Notes under the pieces: generated by a model
The model's input: the letters and a program-made list of their open reading frames with translations, nothing else
Database searches by the model: none
What the model was told of the DNA's origin: nothing
Assembly: GCA_964016885.1 (NCBI GenBank)
Contig: OZ024740.1
Span: 312,046,001-312,110,000, forward strand
DNA length: 64,000 nucleotides
DNA from: Eledone cirrhosa
Lineage: Eukaryota
Reading direction: 5' to 3'
In this document: piece by piece, positions 14,901-22,735 of the stretch
How positions within the stretch are numbered: the first letter of the stretch is position 1
How the letters are laid out: each line of letters begins with the position of its first letter
Translations under genes and position numbers: made by a program

Positions 14901-17344
14901 TGTGTTTCAAGCTGATGGTTCAATAAGCGTACTGCATCCACATAACGTTGGTCACGTATCTTTGAAAAACAAAAAGCAACAAAAATATATGCAGAAGATA
15001 CAGGATAAATATGTGTGTGTTAACTCTTACTGAAGATTGAAGTATGAATGCCCATTTATGTAGACATGAAGAATATCTCGAAACATGGGTAAGCTAGGAT
15101 ACAGACTCCCCATCCAACCTTCACTGATTTTGTCTTGCAAGAAATAGCTCTGACAGAATATTCTCACTTAAATACCATAGATTCCATAACCATGAAAATC
15201 TAATCATATACAAAACACAAATATATTCCATATACCAATTACGTGCTTGGGACAGAACACCCATTACAAACACACACACACTTTTAGAAAGGTACCACAG
15301 AAATCCATATTGCCATTTGAGAGAGTAATTGGAAGTTTGTATTGCTAATGTTCAGGGAGTGGTAGATGGAGAGGACTGTTCAGGTGAATGGAGAATGGAC
15401 ATAGTGCATGAGCACTATTTCTAGCAGGTTTAGTAACCACAAAGGAGGTTTCTTCATTGGCTTGTGTATTAGGAAGCAATGGGTGATATTGAAGTTGGAC
15501 TAAAATCTAAGGTTAGTGAATTAGAGGTAGGATTAGAGTGAATGTTTGTGATTTTTACTGGACATGAACATCAGCATCATCACCATTTTGCGTCCGTTAG
15601 ACCTCCCCCCACCCCCAAAAAATCCTATGCTACTGAGAAAATGACCCATGAACAGGAGACAAAATTATGTACCAACTGAATAATCATCATCCTGGGGTAT
15701 TTCCATAGGTTCAAGCCTCTGTATTATTTAGTGGCAAATCTTTCGAAAACTTTTCAAACAGATAGCTTCTATCAGTAGCAATACCAGGATAAATGTACAG
15801 ATGGAAGTGGGAGGTGTGTGTATGTGTGGGGGAGGGGGGGGGGTAATCATTTACACTGCTTTGATATAAAATATGTAACTAATTCCAGGATGAAATTGTT
15901 TTCTTTTTACTTAACTTATTCACTGATGATAAAAAAAATTAAGTTATCTATATTCTAACTGGAAGAAAAAGTATACATAACGACACAAAACAACCAGAGG
16001 CTCTTCGTGGTCATTCAACTTGTTAGAAATAGCAACCAAATCTCCCAATCACCAAACCCTACCACCTTTAAAAAAATGAGGATACAGTGGTAATATGCAG
16101 GCCTATTAACCTCTAAAAACCCAAACAGGGAGTATCATGAAAAAAGTGTCCCAAAACGGGAAGAGATGAGGCAAAATGGGGAGATTTTACATAATTGTTT
16201 CTACTTTTGGCACAAGGCCAGCAATTACCCAGTGTATTACTGGTACTTTATTTTATCGACCCCGTAAGGATGAAAGGCAAAGTTAACCTCGGCAGAATTT
16301 GAACTCAGACCATAAAGGGCCGTAACTCTTTGCTGCAAAGCTTGGCGTCCGACCCTCTACGATACTGCCAATCAATGAAAGCTATACCCATTTTCATAAG
16401 AGAAGACATCTCTCGCCCACCTCAAAGTGGGTGGGACATGTCCCATCGGAGTTGACAGGTTTGAATATGGTTCGCAATACACCAGAGTAGAAAATAAAAT
16501 TTGGATGGTCATAACTGGAATATCTTGGATCATAGATATTTTCAATCAGAGCTGACTTGTGGTTAAACAACAAAAACAAAAATAACAGGAGTGAGCAGAA
16601 ATCAATGCCACCGATCAATAACTGGAAAAGTTGTTAATAGCAAGGATTGACATATTCAGTTGAATGGTTAGCTAATAACTTAATTCAAGAAGGAATAAAT
16701 AAAATAAAAAAACTTTGCAGAAAATCCTATTGAGCTATGAAATATATTATAGATAAGACAGAATTTCGTCTGTCTGACACTACCATCCATTGGTGGATTG
16801 GCAGTATCGGTAGGGAGTCGGACAATATGCTTTGTAGCATAGAGTTACGGCCCTTTATGATCTGAGTTCAAATCCTACCGAGGTTAACTTTACCTTTCAT
16901 CCTTACGGGGTCGATAAAATAAAGTACCAGTCACGCACTGGAATAATTGCTGGCCTTGTGCCAAAAATAGAAACACTTATATACTGACTTTCTTAACTAG
17001 TTTCGGGTAACTAACGCTATGTTGTAACAACTTGCTGTGTGGAACAAAAAAAGTAAAGAAAAAGAAAAACATTAGTTAAAATGATACTGTAACCATTTAG
17101 CGTGCTGTGGGATTCTACATTTTTTATACTAACACCCAGAAAATAAAATTCTAAAAGGAAAATAAATAACTAGCGGATCAGAGAAAGATAAATTAATATA
17201 CATGACTTGCCGTGTAAGAGGGGGTCGTTGTTAAAAAAGTAAACGAAAAATAAGTTATAAAATATAAAATAATATGCACCAATAACTCACATGTCCATAA
17301 ATTGTTGATGTGAATTCTCCTTCTTTAATCTTTATCGAGGCCAT
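1..17344 (-). CDS. IFT70: IFT70/TTC30 (fleer/DYF-1) intraflagellar transport TPR protein, 5' part of a spliced gene that continues beyond the window start
   Basis: Exons 17344-17291, 14959-14894, 12775-12566, 9410-9354, 7220-7152, 4048-3877, 851-723 and 71-<1 are all GT-AG and phase-consistent (828 nt). Translation MASIKIKEGEFTSTIYGHIRDQRYVDAV...SRAALSLLGYCHF...DAADCYEQL...LQAAIKYGEEDLPGAK...IIERGAQEHP...RSVGNTLVL...AFNLKA.IEYQLKN...AAREALTDMPPRSEEELD matches TTC30/IFT70 motifs. Confidence 0.95.
723..851 (-). CDS. IFT70: IFT70 coding exon 7
   Basis: (D)LDIGMTTMGLETRSVGNTLVLQETGLVQAFNLKANIEYQLKN; donor GTAAGT. Confidence 0.92.
1114..1366. repeat. Near-perfect foldback (inverted repeat), ~92-bp arms
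   Basis: aatacaagttaatataaattaatatatgataaacacataagtgtttgtattgtaaaagac...ctaatttaa (1114-1205) is the reverse complement of 1274-1366, with 2-3 mismatches. Confidence 0.9.
2031..2159. repeat. (TA)n microsatellites
   Basis: Long TA runs; similar TA/CA tracts at 10380-10460, 26630-26795, 47484-47525 and 52563-52683. Confidence 0.9.
2160..2759 (+). mobile_element. Tc1/mariner internal-deletion derivative
   Basis: ~90-bp TIRs (caggagttggacaaaataatggaaacacctagcatc... / ...gatgctaggtgtttccattattttgtccaacccctg) with TA on both sides inside a (TA)n tract. The transposase N-terminal HTH remnant (FQRGQIVG...TAEMFGVSRSAVSKVM...SGRKPKLSDRDRRTL) runs straight into the right TIR, so there is no DDE domain. 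Confidence 0.92.
3190..3665 (-). mobile_element. RTE-like LINE 3' fragment (degenerate)
   Basis: Similar to 42200-43110; minus strand carries LPLLTTKGFSL / LHGSETWAV-type RT C-terminal remnants. Confidence 0.55.
3877..4048 (-). CDS. IFT70: IFT70 coding exon 6
   Basis: ENRYEEACKKFVAAMQVTGYNAETAYSIALCFYMMKQYSASLKYINEIIERGAQEHP; phase-1 donor GTAAAA. Confidence 0.92.
5033..6034 (+). mobile_element. CR1-clade LINE, 5'-truncated (RT C-terminus plus 3' UTR)
   Basis: YINDID...KYADDIKLY...LQSDLD...W..DWQLKL..DKC..MHFG...ERDLGI...LY.AMVRPHLEFASSVWNPY...LETVQRRATR...TRGH; (ATT)n tail; near-identical to the copy at 57100. Confidence 0.92.
6400..7085 (-). mobile_element. Three tandem tRNA-derived SINEs
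   Basis: Three reverse-complement copies of ggcag..tcg.tagag...gttctgagttcaaatcc.gcc.aggt.aactttgcctttcatcctt.cggggtc.ataaaataaagtaccag; B-box-like GAGTTCAAATC. Confidence 0.85.
7152..7220 (-). CDS. IFT70: IFT70 coding exon 5
   Basis: ALVEQCPSQDPDTDLNQACILFK; donor GTTAGT. Confidence 0.9.
7752..8097. mobile_element. Foldback/MITE with ~150-bp imperfect inverted arms
   Basis: gactgataagtttcagaaag...ttacccagtatatttcaat...accctcctttcaaatgtaaaa is inverted to ttttacatttgaaaagagggt...attgaaatacactgggtaaa...ctttctgaaacttatcagtc. Confidence 0.75.
8930..9235 (-). mobile_element. Second SINE family (related copies ~27100-27445, 29260-29490, 52100-52345)
   Basis: Shared core gttccagttgat.c.atcaa.gga...aagtgg.tgagcattccacagacac.tgt...cttaac.tagttctc.gggagattc; tRNA-like head (atggcttagtggtta) on the minus strand. 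Confidence 0.7.
9354..9410 (-). CDS. IFT70: IFT70 coding exon 4
   Basis: VTKLQAAIKYGEEDLPGAK; donor GTAAGA. Confidence 0.92.
10089..11076 (+). mobile_element. Two head-to-tail non-autonomous Helitrons (10089-10719 and 10720-11076)
   Basis: Each starts TCtatatatctaaaacagagaatgtctgt and ends with a cccgagcaac(g/a)ccggg hairpin then ccattctgCTAG. The pair sits between A (10088) and T (11077) with no TSD. Confidence 0.85.
11085..11880 (+). mobile_element. Four tandem tRNA-derived SINEs separated by (TTA)n tails
   Basis: Copies at ~11090, 11310, 11540 (partial) and 11655, each with the ctttcatccttac.gggtcgataaaataaagtaccag core. Confidence 0.85.
12307..12511. mobile_element. piggyBac-type MITE (family also at 29761-29974, 47949-48153, 49109-49297, 50032-50225, 59848-60064)
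   Basis: TTAA|ccctttagcatt ... aatgctaaaggg|TTAA-type ends; shared interior ggtattgttctcaaaataaataatatcaaaatctcatagattc. Confidence 0.8.
12566..12775 (-). CDS. IFT70: IFT70 coding exon 3
   Basis: SRAALSLLGYCHFHQQNFVDAADCYEQLSILHPDVENYKLYYSQSLYKACLYQEAMKIACQIESADYQVK; donor GTATGT. Confidence 0.92.
14000..14180 (+). mobile_element. tRNA-derived SINE, short subfamily
   Basis: ggcagtatcggtagagagtc...gagttcaaatcccgccgaggttaactttgcctttcatcc...gtaccagtaatgcactgggtaattgctggccttgtgccaaaagtagaaacaattat. Confidence 0.85.
14894..14959 (-). CDS. IFT70: IFT70 coding exon 2
   Basis: IRDQRYVDAVRLLNHQLETHPT; acceptor ttcaaag, donor GTGAGT. Confidence 0.9.
16193..16975. mobile_element. Inverted pair of short-subfamily SINEs (16193-16372 minus; 16792-16975 plus)
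   Basis: Direct reverse-complement comparison of the two copies. Confidence 0.85.
17291..17344 (-). CDS. IFT70: IFT70 coding exon 1
   Basis: ATG at 17344; MASIKIKEGEFTSTIYGH; donor GTGAGT. Confidence 0.9.
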
Positions 17345-17432
17345 TGTTGTTTATATCGCTTTGTGGTGATTATTAAAATAAATAGTTTTTTGTTCATAAC
17401 AGATCGTAGCTAGAAAGAATCAGATATACTTG

Positions 17433-17446
17433 GTCACCCTGACAAC
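17433..17446. promoter_or_regulatory. Candidate RFX X-box upstream of IFT70
   Basis: GTCACC-CT-GACAAC lies ~90 bp upstream of the IFT70 ATG. It resembles the 14-bp imperfect palindromic X-box typical of ciliary gene promoters. Confidence 0.5.
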
Positions 17447-17911
17447 TATAGATGCTATTAGAGAGGTGTCGTCAAGGGAAGTAACCATTATTATGGTTAC
17501 AATTACTGAGCAAATAGGTCGATTCTTACTAACACTAGCACAAGGCCAGCAATTTGGGGAAGGGGATATACTAGATGGTCTAGTATATCGACTCAGTACT
17601 CAACTGGTACTTTATTTTATCGACCCTAGAGGGATGAAAGGTAAAGTTGACCTCAGCGGGATTTGAACTTGTAACTTGAATTTGGATAAATAAGTCAATG
17701 TGTGATATACGGAATGCTGTATTTAAAAAAATCTTAATTAATTTCAATTCTTTCAAGACAAATGGACTCTTAAAATAGGGGGAAAATTAAGAACTTGTCT
17801 CTCAAAGTGAATTTACATGCTGATTATGACTTTTGTTAGCAGAGACGTGAAAACTAAGGACATCTTTCGGTTTTCAGCAGAATATAAGTCTATCCAGGTT
17901 AGTTGACTTCG

Positions 17912-18510
17912 TCCTTCATCAGACTGTATATCTCTCTGTCACTCGATTGAACTGTTGAAATTTTATAGTATTTTCTAAAGTATACAGCGGATGATTAGCC
18001 CCGTTTGTACCGAGCGAACAAACAGATAGCGATAGCCGTCAAGACACAGCATAGCTTAGTAAGGCCGTCAAGACACAGCATAGCTTAGTAAGGCCGTCAA
18101 GACACAGCATAGGTTAGTAAAGCCGTTTGCTTGCAAACGAATCGAATATTATAACCCATACTTACAATTTTGTAATTAGCTATGTTAGAGCGAGAAATCA
18201 AATTCTAATTTTGTTTTTAATTTGCAGCAAGGCCAACCGTAAAATCACTCGGTATGCAAATGAGTCTAATCAGCCGATGTAAACTTTAGAAAATAATATA
18301 TATTTTCAACAGTTCAATCGAGTGACTGAGAGGTATACAGTCCTGATGAAGGGGAGTGACCAAGAAACATGTTTGTTCCTCAATGCTACTGTTGAACAAT
18401 GGATGGCGATAGCCGCAAAGACACAGCATAGCTTAGTAAGACCGTTTGCTTGCAAATGAATCGAATATTAATATTCGATATAACCCATACTTACATTTTC
18501 GAAATTACCT
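17912..18510 (+). mobile_element. Hammerhead-motif-bearing ~320-bp repeat in partial-tandem plus inverted arrangement (Penelope pLTR / retrozyme-like)
   Basis: 17912-18000 is inverted to 18263-18352, and 18016-18170 is repeated at 18394-18505. Core acagtc-CTGATGA...GAAAC-ATGTT at 18337-18373; 29-bp x3 internal tandem at 18035-18121. Confidence 0.7.
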
Positions 18511-19229
18511 CTCCTTTTTTTTTCCAAGAGTCGCTGAGTTTTTCTATTCTTTCTTGACCTAAAAGAAAAATTTTAATTAGGTTTTTCTCTTTTTTTTTTT
18601 GCGTACAGCATTATCATGAGGGGGCTATCAATTATTTAAAAGTTAGTCACGGGTAGGGCCTTTCGCAGGTTCTCCCCAGACTGATAAAATCGATGCGTCC
18701 AATGCGCTTGCAACCAGGTTGTAGTGTTAAAACAATCAGATTTATAATTTTAGAGAGAAATATCAGTTTAAAAACTCATGGTTTCCCTAATGCATTTTTT
18801 TAACCAATTTGAAATGAAAATATTTAGAAATTAAAACAATATCATGGTATGTATCGGAGTATTTATAACGGCATTTCGGCATGCGCCAGAATGGAGAAAT
18901 TATTTCATATCTTTAAATTTATATTTCCCAAATGTTGAATAATAATTAGATTTTCTTCCCACAATTAAAATGAAGTTTCAGACAAGGTCTTTGTGGGAGG
19001 GTGGGGTTGAATGAAGCCATTTAGCACACAGAACCTTATTAGTTATAATTAGTAACTATGGTTTCAATCCTTATTTGTGTAAACTTGACTGATCCCACAA
19101 CTCAAATTTTTGTGTCATCCAGAATGAAAGGGTTTGTTATTGGAATCCCTTAAATATGACTATTTTAGTGACAATTTTGATTATAGAAATGGATTTAATT
19201 CGTTGTTGTTTATTCCCAGATCAACCTTG

Positions 19230-19600
19230 CTCGAGTAGACGTATTATCCAAAGTATTCCATTCTATTTTCTTTGGGCATTGCATCTGTAACAGTAATTTG
19301 ACACTCTCTTCAATAGTTTCTTTCACATTATCAAGCGGTCGCCAAGAAGCTGGCTTTTGTGGCCTTATAGACAAGTTTCGAGTCGCCAATATGTCTGAGA
19401 TTTTGGCGTATAAAACGGCCATCTTCTTATTCCCTAGTTCCGGAGATAAAGGAATGGATACTCATAAATAGCCTGCTCCCAGAGTCAATTCTAGCAGTTC
19501 CAGAATTCATACGACTAACCAGGATGTAGTGGTCAACTGTCTCAGACACCGATCCCTTTTGGTCTCACTCTCGGCCAGGCCAGAAGTTTGGTAAATACAT
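19230..19600 (-). mobile_element. Degenerate Gypsy gag-like remnant
   Basis: Minus-strand fragments YLPNFWP and RHIGDSK resemble Gypsy gag motifs (LPPFW; LGDRKPS); many stops. Confidence 0.35.
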
Positions 19601-19949
19601 TTTTAACAATACCCATTACAAGCAAACACGCATGCACATCATGCCTGATTCATAACATCACATAATTCAACTGTGGTTATTTGTTCTTCGTGTATTGTCG
19701 TTATAACTTTGACAAAAGTTAATTGTAAATTTTATTTACAGTTGTATGAATAACACTATAGATTGCTCATAATTCGTTCAGAATAACATTACAAATATAA
19801 TGTCGTTGATAAACACAAATTTAAACGCATAGAAGAGAGGGAAAACAAAGATAAAAGGGGGAAACAAACAAAAACAAAACGATCATTTCACCACTAAGTG
19901 CGACAATCAACCGCACATCACATCATAAGGGTTAACTAAACACTTTGAG

Positions 19950-20112
19950 GCAATTACCTCGGGTGATGGCGAGGCTAAGGCGTTGAAACAACCAGGCACC
20001 CCCACGGGCATCACCTAACACCTCAGGAAGCCGAGCCGCCAGCAATAGCAAGAACTTCGCTGTCAGCAGCCCTGCTCCACCAAACGTTTCGAACACCACA
20101 GGTTGGAAAAAA
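19950..20112 (-). mobile_element. CRE-like (RLE-type) non-LTR retrotransposon C-terminal fragment
   Basis: FFQPVVFETFGGAG..TAKFL..LAARL..VLGDARGGAWLFQRLSLAITRGN, a restriction-like endonuclease C-terminus. Confidence 0.7.
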
Positions 20113-21289
20113 TAATTACTAGATAACTAATAAATTATTAACTTAGCGACTCTGTTATTGTGGTTATTTCATTACCTATATGATCAGGGTAAATCACTGA
20201 CCCAAGTAAACATTATCATAATGATCACTGTTACTCACTTGCACACTCGCAATCTCTAGTCACACTATCAGCTACATCAATCTTCATTCTACGCAACGGT
20301 GACCACATCACTGAGAAATCCACACAACAGAATTAACACCACCATTCATCCTAGTATTAGACCCACTATACATCTAAGACCACATTATCCAACGTGTCCT
20401 TCCCTGCTTAAAAAACAAACAAAACAGTTGGGTGTTATATAAGAGTGATTTGATTACAATTTCTAGCTGATCGAGCGACCACACAGAGGTCATTCATTGA
20501 CCTGTTTTTTTTCATTATGGAAGTATGCAGTTTTTTTATTTAGATTCTTCACTAGATTTCTGTTTCCTGCAATATAAAAATTTCTTTTCCTCCTTCATAA
20601 ATCTGAGTTTGTATCCTCCACACCACCGTACACCTCTAACAAAGATGAAATATATATATTTCCAATGTCTTTTCGTGGATGACTATCTGAGACGATAGTA
20701 GTTCATCTATTATCGGTTACATAATAGGCCCATGACCAAGATACTAAACTCAAAGATCTTAGAGATTCCTTTAGCAAGTACGGTAAAATCTATATTGCAT
20801 CAAGGAGGTCTAATAATAGTTGTCTTCTGTATTCGCTAAGATTATTCAAAAAGTAATTTTTAACTTTGGCACAAGACCATACATTTAAGGTCTTGTGCTA
20901 ATGAGAAATACCTCAGCTACGCCCGTGGACAAAATGGCGAAGATATTGCTATGGAGAACAGCAAACGGCACCTTCTGCATCAGCCACCCCACCTCTTTCT
21001 TAAGTGGAATGCACTCCTCCCAGTTTTGCGGAGGAAATGGCCGTTAAGGGACCGGGGACACGAGAAGTCTCGACGGCAACCGGCACGAACAGGAAGTAAC
21101 CAGTCAAATTTCGGTATTTGGCTATATTTCGCTCCTCTGCAGTAAGGGCGGCAATGTCCGAGTTTGTGACCGAAGCGACAAGGCTGGTCACAAACCCGGA
21201 CATTGGTCCTAAAAAGGAAATACAATAGATTTTTGCTTGGTCAATGTCAAACGTTCTCCTGAATCTCGTAACTAAGCTGCACTGCCCAA

Positions 21290-22110
21290 GCGATTTAGGG
21301 GCCTACGTCTATGTAAAAGCTCATCATTCTTACTTACACCAATATTTTACTCCTTTCTAGTGGATAACATTCCCTCTTTTCCAATATAGACTAGCTCCAA
21401 CAGAGAGGTGGATGAAGCCCTACAACGGTGGGGGGATCTGGGTGTGTCAGTTCCTAATGCAGAGCAAGATTGATTGAAGTAGTGAGTCTGGAACAACTGA
21501 CGTTCGAGAGACACGTTCAACTCTCTTTGGTCAATCTGAACAATTTTTAAGGGGCCTCTCACTTTCTGAGTGTCAAATTCTCTGGGGATAGAGTTGATGC
21601 TTTGCCCGTGGCCGGCATCGGTGGCCTCCTCAGTATGGATGAGCTCCACGTCTCCATTGTCCCCAGATGCGACGGTGGGGTGGAGGTAAATGTTGCGATA
21701 GGTCACCTGACTCAACAGCCCTTCACGGAATATGTTGCTGCCTGAACGCAAATCACTTCCCTCGTCGTACCGAGATGAAACTAATTACCAAGCGGGCCCT
21801 GGAAGCAACCGAATTGTCAAGGGTTCATAGGAATAGACCAGATGGTCTCACCCTTTGTCCCATGAAAATCGTGGAATCCATAGTCGAACGGAATAATATT
21901 CTAAAATTCCAGGAATTATGGGCAAACTATTTCTTTAGCCTGTGGCGTTCGAGACGTTTGAGAAGTTGGACCGCTAATAGGTTCTTGTTATATTTGGCGG
22001 TTCGCTTTAGCCGGGTATCAGGTGATGCTCGCAAGGATGCTTAGTTATTCAGCCTCATAGCAGCATTATTACTCGCGGCAATATTATGAGTGAGTTGGCT
22101 TGCCTAAAAC
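21290..22110 (+). mobile_element. CRE-like (RLE-type) non-LTR retrotransposon 3' fragment, degenerate
   Basis: HGICC..NA.HF.R.....IT KRAL...RPDGLTL.P zinc-knuckle/RLE remnants, followed by VAFETF...SGDAR...SLI.A.I.RGN. Confidence 0.7.
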
Positions 22111-22559
22111 GTTAGAGGGAAACTCCAGCGCACCTTGTTGTGGTGTGTGATTGAGTGTGCGTGTGTATTCCCACTATTGCAATAAAATATTGTCATAAAT
22201 TTCTTAAGTAAAAAAAATACAGAAAAGAGATATAGTTAATTCACTTAACTGTAGCACACATCACATTACTGATGTAACTTTCATCGGCCCCACAAAAAAA
22301 AAAAAAATTAAATGAAAAGTCAACTCGAACGGGATTAGAACTCAAACAGTGCCATGACAAAAGTGGTTGTTGTTAAACACAAGAAGAAGAAATAGAGAGA
22401 GAAAGAGAAACAACGACTGAATGAATGTGTCGTCTTCAGGCTGAAAAGACATGATTTCAGTCTACGTTATTGGCTTTATGCCAATCTTTAAAATGAAGAC
22501 CTATCAATAGGGCATGTAAAGACAGTGTGAAAAGGGGTTTGTGGCACAACATCAAACTA

Positions 22560-22735
22560 GCAAATGACGGGTGACTGGGTTGAGATTTTACAGAGCTTAA
22601 ATAGAAGTTCCGCAAGAAATAAAAAGAACCCTAACACGAAAGATACACAAGGGAGATAATTCATAAGCGCTCTCCTGTGTGAAACTATTTCGCATGAGAA
22701 GTTAGAACACTCTGAAAGGGATATTTCACTTCTAG
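22560..22735 (+). other. CCDC47: Putative non-coding first exon of CCDC47 (start uncertain)
   Basis: The ATG exon begins with a splice acceptor at 26220, so an upstream exon is required. A donor-like tctag|GTAAAT sits at 22735 in a non-repetitive, CpG-containing stretch. Confidence 0.35.

Noticed and set aside
16394-16618. 74-aa minus-strand ORF in IFT70 intron 1
   Set aside because: It has no recognisable motif, and IFT70 exons 1 and 2 join correctly without it.
18035-18121. CRISPR-like array
   Set aside because: The repeats are contiguous with no unique spacers, the context is eukaryotic, and there are no cas genes.
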